A stretch of DNA of 64,000 nt from Bugula neritina (Eukaryota > Animalia > Bryozoa): positions 2,883 to 66,882 of the forward strand of contig CAXIUT010000042.1 in NCBI GenBank assembly GCA_964035545.1, given 5' to 3'. Made by a program: the position numbers and the translations under genes. The notes beneath the pieces are model-generated. The model made no database searches. It worked only from the letters and a program-made list of their open reading frames with translations, and was not told the DNA's origin. Below, piece by piece: positions 54,622 to 64,000 of this stretch; position 1 is the stretch's first letter; every line of letters begins with the position of its first letter.

Positions 54622-57600
54622 ATGACACAAACTGGATAGTCATCACCTAACTTAACTGGAGTTATTGATTCATTAGTCGACAATAGTACTCCTAATAGGC
54701 TATCATTTAAACGTTTTAGTTACTCAAGGCACATAGGAAATCATATAAATAATAATAAACATACTGAATCAACTCCATTTATGGAAATAAGGCCATTTAA
54801 AAATGATAGGTCTGAAGAAAAGAAATTAAAAAATACAAACTTTAAAGAGAAAATATAAAGCTTTAAATATAATTCTAGTGAGGAGAAAATTAAAAAAACT
54901 AATAGAATTAAAGAATTTCGTTCTGCTGTCAATTTAGAACTAGATCCTAAGGATTAAAAAGTATAAATTCCTTTTTAAAGTTTAACATACTCTAGTTTAA
55001 TAAAAAATAACTTTAACTAAAATTGTTTTGAATAATTTTAGAATTAGCTTAGAGATTGGTTAGTTGATGTAATAGAAATAGTAACTTCCATTGGATTCAA
55101 CCATATGAATAAGGGAACTTTAACAGAAAAGCAAACAAAAAGTTTTGTATCAAAAAATATTCTTCATAATATAAAATAAACATTTGAAAAATATAAATAA
55201 ATACCATTAGAAAATCGTTTTAGTTTGATTAAATTTGCAAATAAGTAAATGTATAGCATATTTGAACATGTAGCTATTAAATATCCTCAAACAAGTAGTA
55301 AAGGAGTAAGTAGAAGAATCAAATCAAGAATACCTGTACTTGATAACAGATAAACTGATTAATTTGATTTTCTTTGGAGAAATAATATTCATATCAAATA
55401 TAGAGAAGATGGTGATTATTCAGAAGATATTATGCGAATCATTAACAAACTTGTTAGTTTTTCTAGTGATGTTTTTGATCCCTAAATGGAGTTAGAAGAT
55501 AGCAATTTCTAAGTTTTTTCTGATGTAATGGAGCTAATATTCGATAACGCAAGCAGCCAATCGGCAGATGCTACTGCTAAAGATGTGATTAAGACTCTTT
55601 AAAAGAAAAAAAGGATTTAATAAGAATAAAATTTTTGTTCTAAAGTTAGTTTTAAAGATTTTGATACGCTTTCCATGAACAATAGTAGAAGGTTTATTTC
55701 TGGAAAATAATCTAATAAACAGGTACTTATAGGACAAAAAATACCAGCTTAAGTGCCTACTTTTAGTGAGGAAAATATTCGATCATCTAACTTTAAGACT
55801 TATGGTTCTTCTATTTTAAGGTTGCTTACTAAGTGGGCTTAATAACTCAGATATAAAATAATTAATGCTGAAGAAACTATTCACAGAAGAATATTTAAAT
55901 TCAAAAATAACCGAGGAAGGTTAATAAGTCTTGAACCTACTATGAAGGCCAATCTCTATGAAGCAGCAATGCTGGAGACTTAAAAAATCGAAAGTTATTT
56001 ATAATATTTAAAGGAATAAAATTTTTATTTACAAACTATTTTCTCAGAGTAGGAAAGTCGAGGAAAATACTCAAAAAATGATATGAAAGTTAGTGTTTTT
56101 GCAGCTAAAGTTAATGAAGTTGCAAGTCAGTATATTTTCAAGTCTATTAATCAACTGATACACTCATTGCTTACAATACCGATAGTTGCAGCGTAGAAAG
56201 TTTCAAGTGATTGGTAGAAGGCAGTGATTTCATCTATTGATTTGGTTACTTTCAAGATAGGAGATATGATGAGGTGTAAATGTGCTTGTTCTTAATATGA
56301 GTTCATTAAAATATTTGGTGCACTTGAATCACTTCATACAAACAATCCTGAAATTTTGAAACTTGTTCGTATTAAAAATAGATTATAAACTTTGAATAAT
56401 GATATTTTAATTAATCTATTTTTTGGAAGTAAAGTTGAATGCTAGTTACAACTATCTGTTATGAGTGCAGACAAAAAAGATGAAAAAAATAGTAGTAAAT
56501 TTAGTCATCTTATTTATGAAATTGTAAGGGCATAGCTAGGACCTATATCAGAAATGGCTACAATAATGGTACAATATGATCCACTTGCTTATCACTATTC
56601 GAAAAAATAAGATTATGGACCTGACTTGCTGTAAATCAAATAAAATAAAATATAATAAAGGAAAGAGAATCATCCTAATCCTTGTGAAAGATAGTCTTTT
56701 AGGAAAAAGATGAAACTTGGAAACAATATTGAGTTACCTTTTGTATGTTGTGGTTGTCAAAAATTATCAATAGTTAAGAATCCTTTTTATTATTAAAATA
56801 AAAACAAAAGATATTGTCATAATTGTACTATGAAAACTAATAAAGATGAAGATTGGCAGATAGTTCGAAAGAATGTTGGAAATTATAACTTCAAAGATTA
56901 AAAGGATAGACAATTTTATCATAATCATATATTTTCATGGGATAAATAAAAGTTTATTAATGAAATAAAAATGAAAATAAAGATTCTGTGACTACTATGT
57001 GGTTTCCTTCAAAGGTTATATATTTAAACATCATCAAAAATATCCTAAATTATAACTCTTTTCAAGTTATTTTCAACCTACTTTCTCCTACTAAATATTC
57101 ATTCACGTTAATTAAAATAATTAAGAAAAACTATTGCTTTCAATTAAAGTACATTAAGAAAAACAAAAAAAATTGATAAGTATAAGTAAATAACTGAAAG
57201 ATCTAACTCTGATTTAATTTAAAAATGCTTTATAAATATAATAAAATGGTAAAAAATATTTTATTTGTACCAAACATAATTGTTGTGGAATAAAGTTTTA
57301 CCCAGGAAAACTTATGAACAAAGCATAACTACAGCGACTATCAAGTGATAAAATAATAGAGACCATAATTGGATCCCAAAGAACTCTTTTATATCTAAAC
57401 TATATGTAAAAAAGTTTTGACCATCTTAAAAAATACATGAGTTCAATAAAATAAAAGAGTAAAATAACAAAAATAAGAACAACTGTTCAGGCAATTGAAG
57501 CATTTTAATGTCAATTAACAAACATTCATATTGTTGAGATGTTTACTAAAATATCTGACTTGAACATAGGACAGAATCCTGGTATAAAGTCTCTTAAAGG

Positions 57601-58209
57601 GATATAGAACTGTTTGCAGCTGAAATATTTGAACTGTAATCATTGTGATTTAGAATGTGTAAAAGAATTAAAAGCATTGAAAAAACTATAAACAATAAAT
57701 TTAAGTCATAATAAAAAATTAAATTCAATTGAAAGCCTATCTGATCATACTTAAATACTAGATTTATTTATGAGTAATATTTTTAATTAATATAGAAAAG
57801 ACTTCTATTTCTAGTTTGGCTCCTTTGTCTAAATGTGTTAAGTTATAATCATTGGATATCTAAGGCTGTATCAATATTGAATCAATAGCTGAAGTCAAAT
57901 CTTTAAAACTTTCATATCTGAACATAAGTATTTGTTTTTTAAATAGTTAACTGCAATAAAATAGATTCTTTTGATTTGCCAAGATCTTCATTTTTATCTT
58001 TAAGGACAATCTAAGTGATCAATAAAGAGGAAAGCAAAAGTGAAGAAAATAATTTATTTATGAACTTATTATCAAATTTTGCTCTCAATCTTCCTTCATC
58101 TTCATAAAAAAATCAATAAAAAGAGGAAATAGTAAATTGTTAAACTGTTTAAAAGATAAATAGAATTCTTTTAATGAAAAAAAGTTCAACTAATCCACAA
58201 ATCGTTTGA
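54622..58209 (+). CDS. RelA/SpoT-like nucleotidyltransferase domain + Cys cluster + C-terminal LRRs
   Basis: IGDMMRC, LVRIKNRL, NDILINL, CELQL, SHLIYEIVR; LRR part joined across a frame break at about 56952-56991; two further tiny introns. Confidence 0.7.
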
Positions 58210-58257
58210 TTTATGCTCATTTAAATTATAATTTATCTATTATAAAGATGAACTAAA

Positions 58258-59114
58258 TCACTTTTATACTTTACTTGATCTGATATTTAATCTTGGAGAG
58301 TTGTCTTTATGAGAAAGTTCTTATTATCTGATATATTCTATTTCTTTATTTTATTATTATTTCAAAATTAACTGTTCTGTTAAATTTCTACTGCTACTTT
58401 ATTCTGAAGATTATGACGATTATTCTTTTTGATTCATTAATACTGATTTCATCCGAATTCTTTCATTTTCTGTCATTTTAGATGTCTTCATTTTGTTATT
58501 AAGTCTCTTTGTTTTACAAACAAGGACAGTAATAACAACAATAAAAATTATATAGATAGTAACTGTGATAAAAATAAGTCGAGTTCCTAAGTATTAAATA
58601 ATATACCTAAAATTTGATAACTTGAACTGACTTAGATATCCACATTTATACCCACGTCAACGTTAATAGGCGAGTAACCATATGATCCAGAAGGATAAGG
58701 GAATAGGGTGTTATCAACTATAAAGGAAAAAGCAAAGTTACTTATTTCTTGTATTGATTGATTTATAGTTTGTCTTTATAGAGAATTGATTCTTAGTTGA
58801 GTATTTCTATTCGTCAAAAAAGGACAAGGATATAGATAGCTTTGACTATTTACAGATTTAGTATAGCAGTTAATGTCTTATTCAGTTATGCAATAGAAAT
58901 AGTCAAAATAGCGATTAAAAGATTGAATTGTATTAGATACAGTTGTTTATAAAGATATGTTAATTGGTATTAATTCTGCATTTTAGCGGTTGATGTCTAC
59001 TCGGCAATTATATTGTGAGTCACTAGGGATAAGTATATTTTTTTTGCTTAAAATGAAGTTAATGCTTTGAACTAGAAAAGGAAATAAGGCCAAAAGTACG
59101 AAGAGAATTTTCAT
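58258..59114 (-). CDS. Type I membrane protein
   Basis: Signal peptide MKILFVLLALFPFLVQS, Cys-containing ectodomain, single TM, basic stop-transfer; one 20-nt intron. Confidence 0.65.
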
Positions 59115-59245
59115 TATTATTGATATTATAAATAATAATTTTGAAATTTCAAAGTAATTTTTATTTGAAAAGCAAAATCAACAAACATATAACTAAGTAA
59201 TTTAAATAGTATTTTGAATAAATAAATATTATTTATTATTATCGA

Positions 59246-60265
59246 TCAAATTTTATTGACGTCAAAAGTTATATTTAATAGCTTTTACGAAAGATTCCAA
59301 AGACGGTTACAATTTTAATTAGTGACGAATGGATTAATCCAATCTTTCTTGCACTATGCGTAATATTCTCCGTTTTAAACTGAAGGATCTAAAAGAGCAA
59401 ACATTGTTGTTTGATTTCCTTCTTAGATATTTTTGGTAAAATAAGCATAAATAGGATATACTAGCCAAGAAAGGGCTAATAAAATAGGTCCTATTATTCT
59501 AGAGGAATATATTTAGCTGATAATTTTAGTCCTTACAATACCTGGATGGACACTTACAACTTTTCCTTTAGAATCTTTACTCATTTTATTTCTAAATTAT
59601 TTAGTTGCCATCACTATACATAGCTTAGATCTTGCATATGCTTCATTTGAATTATAGTTTTTTGTTATATTGATGTCTTCAAAATCGATAATTGGCTGTC
59701 CCCACATTGTAAGATTCATTTTTTTATGAGTTATTGAGGCTAGATTTATTACTCTGAACTTCTATGACTTGTTAAGAATCGGCCATAAAAGATAAGTTAG
59801 ATAGAAGTGACCAAGATAGTTTACTCCAAAATCCATCTCGAATCCCTAAGATGTTTTTTTTGCTTCATTGATATTATAAACTCCTGCATTATTTACCAAA
59901 AACTAAAGAGAAGATATTTTGATATTTGAAACAAAGTTTTCTATTGATTTTTTACTTGAAAGATCTAATTAATAAAACTCAATATCTGATAGATGGTAAT
60001 TTTTTCTAACTTTTTTCATAAGTTCTTAAGCTGCAAGGCGATTTCTATCAGCTATGATTACTGAACAGTTTAATTTAGCTAGTTATATTACAGTTTGAGA
60101 TCCTAATCCTGAAGCTCCTCCAGTTACAAGAGCATATTTACCTTTTAAATCAATTTTAGGAATTTTATAGGAAGTTCCTCTCAAGTACTTATAGAAGCAG
60201 TAGAGAAAAGTGAGGATGATGACTATGATAGTTAATTCTAGAGGGTACGAAAGTAAGTTTTACAT
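59246..60265 (-). CDS. Short-chain dehydrogenase/reductase (retinol dehydrogenase/WWOX-like)
   Basis: VTGGASGLG, LVNNAG, FGVNYLGHF, YARSK, VHPGIV, LWNLSE. Confidence 0.92.
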
Positions 60266-60705
60266 TAATTTTAAAAATATATTTAAATTAAAAGGAATAT
60301 ATTATTTTTAATAAAAACAGCTTTAAAATGATTTTTTAAATCATAAAAGAAGTAAAATTTATTCTTCTATATTCTTTTCATTAAATGATAAAGATATTAT
60401 TATGACCTTTTTGACTTATTTATTAGATTTTATGAATTTATTTTTCCACTTAGTATTTTTTTGAATGATTTTGAAAATACATATTTGATTTATTATCTAT
60501 CTTTTACTTCATTTTAAAATAATAGATAATCTTGAGAACTAACCAAAAAATATTTCACTTTAACTTTTAATTAAAATTTAATATTTCAAGAACATTTTTT
60601 CACTTATATCTCGTATATTTAATAAATCTTTAAAAAAAATATTTGAATAAATTAAGATAATTGGATATAGAAAATAATTAATTAAGATAATGGAACTTTA
60701 TAATC

Positions 60706-62445
60706 ATGGAATCATTAAGTAGAAAAGAACTTTCTAATATTCTTCCCTCTCTCTCAAAGGAGGATATTCCTTAAAGTACGAATAATCTACCCTCTTCTTC
60801 CCTTCCCTTAGAAGCTAATACTACATTTTATTCCAATTCTGCCTTTTAGAAGCCATCTAAAATACCTAGACTTCACTCTAAACTAGATAAAAAATCTGAA
60901 AATAAAAATAACAGTAAATCCAACATACTTTTGCCACTTAAAAAGTAAAATAATAATGATGAGTTCAGAGTTAGACCTGTAAAAAATAGTACTGATAGAT
61001 AGTTTGATCTGAATTCAACATCTTTTTCCAAAAAGAATATGGGAAAGTTATTGTTGATAAAGTAGGTTAGCTAAACACCAAAAAATAATATATCTTCTTA
61101 AGTAGTATTGAAGAACACAAATATATTAAAGCTGAAAACATCTAATACAAATCAATATATTCAAAATGACATGAATTCTCTATATAGTTCAAAACCAAAT
61201 CTTCTATAACAATCTAACAACTCATTGAAAACACCATTTGAAATTAAGAAAGGATAATCTTTTCAACAAGTATCCCTTCAAATATCATCACCTCATATTA
61301 ATCTTCTAAATAATAAAAATAAAAATACAGAAAACAATAGTAAAGCTGAATAAGCTAATATTAAAAAAGATGATTCTTTAAAATAGAATAATTTATCTGG
61401 AGATCAGAAATTTTTATGTATTTTTATGTTTAATTTAGAAACTCATTCAATTTTTAAAGAACAGAAAAATAAGTTTTGGAATAAGTCAATTTAAAATAAA
61501 AAATATAAATATAAATATTCTCCTCAAGAAACAGCTTATGATAGTTCTTAAGAATAATAATAATATGAAGTATAAGCTACTCCAGGACCTGGATCTTATA
61601 ATTTATAATCCAATAAGAAGTGTTAGTTTAGATCTAAAAAAGAAGAAATTCAAAAAATATTTTATAGTAATATGAATAGATTCTAATAATCTACAAAATA
61701 AAACTATGATTCATCTTACCTCAAAGAATAGCCTTCTCTCAATTCTTTTATTACACAACAAAAAAATAGTAGTTTCCTTTCGAAATCGCCTAAATTCTAA
61801 AAATGTATCGTTGAAAATACTCCCCCTCCAGGATACTACAATACTCGTCAAACCCTTTAGCATCAACTTGTGAGAAATATTTTAAAGAGTTCTAATTCTC
61901 CTTCTTTTATCAATAGTATGAGTCGTAATCAAGCCAAATGTGAAGTTGAGACTAAGCCAGGTCCAGGTACTTATCAACTTGATTCAATAGTTGATAAAAT
62001 TTTATAATAAAAAGATAAAAATACCTATTGTTTTAAGTCATCTGCTGTTAGAGATAATCAATACTATTCTTAAAATAATTAAATATCGAAAAGTATGTCG
62101 AAATTTCCTTTATACATTGCTAAGTAATATCCAAGTTAAATTATCCATACAAAAGAAGACTCGATAGTTGAATATGACTCTTTACTGGTAAATCCTCCTT
62201 TTCTCAGTAGTTCAAATAGATTTCCTCGTTAAAAACTTGAATTAAAATAAAAGAAGAAACCATAGCCAATTTTTCAAGCTCCTATACAATACTTTAAACC
62301 TGTTTAACCTTTGCCTACTCCTTTCAATTCAACTTCAAAGAGATAAATGATGATCTAGGGAGGTAATGGAGTTGGAGTAGGTCTTTATAATTTATCTAAA
62401 AATGATAATTGGGATAAAAAATCTTTTAATGTGATCTTTAATTGA
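60706..62445 (+). CDS. Sperm-tail PG-rich (SHIPPO/STPG) repeat ciliary protein
   Basis: TPGPGSYN, TPPPGYYN, KPGPGTYQ, GVGVGLYN, C-terminal WDKKSFNV. Confidence 0.75.
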
Positions 62446-62476
62446 TTCATTATTTTTGATATGATCTAATAAAATA

Positions 62477-63594
62477 TCAAATGCTTTTTTATATTATTAA
62501 TTTGTATTATTTGTGAGGTGATAGATATTTTTAAGTACTTAAATATTGTTATTTCTAAAATATTGAAGGTCTTCTTTCCTTGAGATTTTTTAGTTTTTAA
62601 GTATCTTTTTATATGATCTCTTATTTTTGATCTTTTTATATTAAATAATCCTTCATTGGAGTACATCTACGTTTAATTATCGAAAAATGTGGAAGATCTC
62701 CCTTAAAATGCTCCAAACTACAGAATAATTTTGAAGTAATAGTTAATACAGAAGCATAATTTTAAAATTATCCACAGTAATTAGGTGCTGAAAAGATAGT
62801 TAGCAACTTTTTATCATTGAAAAATTAATATCCTTCTTCAACTACCTGATGAGATCGACAGATAAAATCGAATTGATTCTCTTTTAAAAATTGATCAACT
62901 ACTTTTTTGCCATACATGACACTCACTCCTCGGGCGTAATTATCAGCCCAGCCTTCTACAAGGTTGGTTGGATCTGACCATAATAAATCTTAAACAACTT
63001 TATTTCCTTCAGCTTATATCGGTCTTTTTATTTGATTAATATTTGATAAATGTTTTATGAGAGGACTGATTCCTCCGTGAACACAAAAAATTCTTTCTGC
63101 GACTACAGCTGCTACTGGAAGATAGTTGAAGCAATCTGTTATGGTTTTGAAGACTTTAATATTGAATTTTCTTTTGCACTCATCGTAAAACCCATAATAC
63201 TTATTTAACTTGCTAGACTCGTGATTTCCTCTCAATAAAAAGAAAGTATTTGGATAAGCTATTTTGTAAGCCATTAGAAGGCAAATACATTCTAAGGATT
63301 TTTTTCCTCTGTCCACATAATCTCCCAGAAAAAGATAGTTTCTCTTTTATGGAGTTCCGATTTTATCGATAATGTTTATCAAATCTTTAAATTGGCCGTG
63401 AATATCGCCACATACTATCAGAGGTGACTTAAGTTAGAGAAGCATTGGTTGAGTGATTAGATAAGTTTTAAAGCAAGAACAAAGAGTTATTATTTCATTT
63501 TCAGTGATAGGTAAACTATTTTGCGAGTGATTTTGAGATTGTCTGAGTTTTTATATCAAGTCATGTACTTTCAGAATAAAGTTTTTCTTTACAT
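62477..63594 (-). CDS. PP1-like serine/threonine phosphatase
   Basis: GDIHGQ, GDYVDRG, RGNHE, HGG, DLLWSDP, RSHQ, GYEFF, SAPNYC; start codon one base out of frame. Confidence 0.9.
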
Positions 63595-63715
63595 TAGAAT
63601 TCTTTTTTCAAATATATATTTGAAGATTTAACTAAATTGTTTCCATAAGATGTCAGTTAAAAATATTAACTATCGTATAAGGTCGAGTAGCTTATATTGA
63701 TATGATATTATTATT

Positions 63716-63723
63716 AAAAAAAA
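63716..63723 (-). terminator. Pol III oligo-T terminator of tRNA-Gly
   Basis: T8 immediately after the discriminator base. Confidence 0.75.
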
Positions 63724-63794
63724 TACATCAGCCGGGAATCGAACCCGGGTCGACAGCTTGGAAGGCTATAATTTTACCTCTAAACTACTGATGT
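63724..63794 (-). tRNA. tRNA-Gly(TCC)
   Basis: ACATCAG/CTGATGT acceptor stem, ATAGC-CTTCCAA-GCTGT anticodon arm, GGTTCGATTCC T arm. Confidence 0.93.
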
Positions 63795-63924
63795 TTGGTA
63801 TTAATTATATCAATATCGTTCTTAATAATAGCATTTATCACCTTCTTCAAACAACAATTCTTTGCATAAATATCAATCATTACTAATATATAAACTATGA
63901 ATAAACTCTAAAAAATACACCTTA

Positions 63925-64000
63925 GGGGTTGGGGTTGGGGTTGGGGTTGGGGGTTGGGGTTGGGGTTGGGGTTGGGGTTGGGGTTGGGGTTGGGGTTGGG
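63925..64000 (+). repeat. Terminal telomeric repeat tract (GGGGTT)n
   Basis: 76 nt, one G5 unit, runs to window end. Confidence 0.97.

Overview
Very AT-rich, extremely gene-dense ciliate macronuclear-type DNA with about 45 protein genes and one tRNA. The supplied ORF track is misleading because the sequence uses a variant code. TAA and TAG sit at invariant Glu positions in many conserved proteins (UAR=Glu, NCBI table 30, peritrich-type) and TGA is the only stop. Genes are split by tiny, mostly 20-nt GT-AG introns and are often only 26-100 bp apart. Four (GGGGTT)n telomere tracts (7076, 37850, 45529, 63925) share one polarity, all follow an A and all end in TTGGG. Their left flanks are intergenic, but two right flanks cut into genes, so the window is probably several chromosome ends joined together. 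Recognisable genes: CTL transporter, PTEN-like, cytosolic carboxypeptidase, Sey1/RHD3, EB1, USP14, VPS25, ITPase, MYCBP, a CenH3-like histone, UBE2H, PKA-like kinase, FAHD1, MFS, AMACR-like, ankyrin-DHHC, SDR, STPG-repeat protein, PP1-like and tRNA-Gly. The best novelty candidate is a RelA/SpoT (alarmone-synthetase-like) nucleotidyltransferase domain followed by a Cys cluster and LRRs, near a 1321-aa intronless GTPase, a SPRY protein and a stand-alone voltage-sensor protein. Other candidates are an ankyrin-fused terminal nucleotidyltransferase and an EF-hand protein with a G/Q/Y/W prion-like tail. All gene models were translated by hand without database searches, and boundaries of hypothetical genes are approximate.
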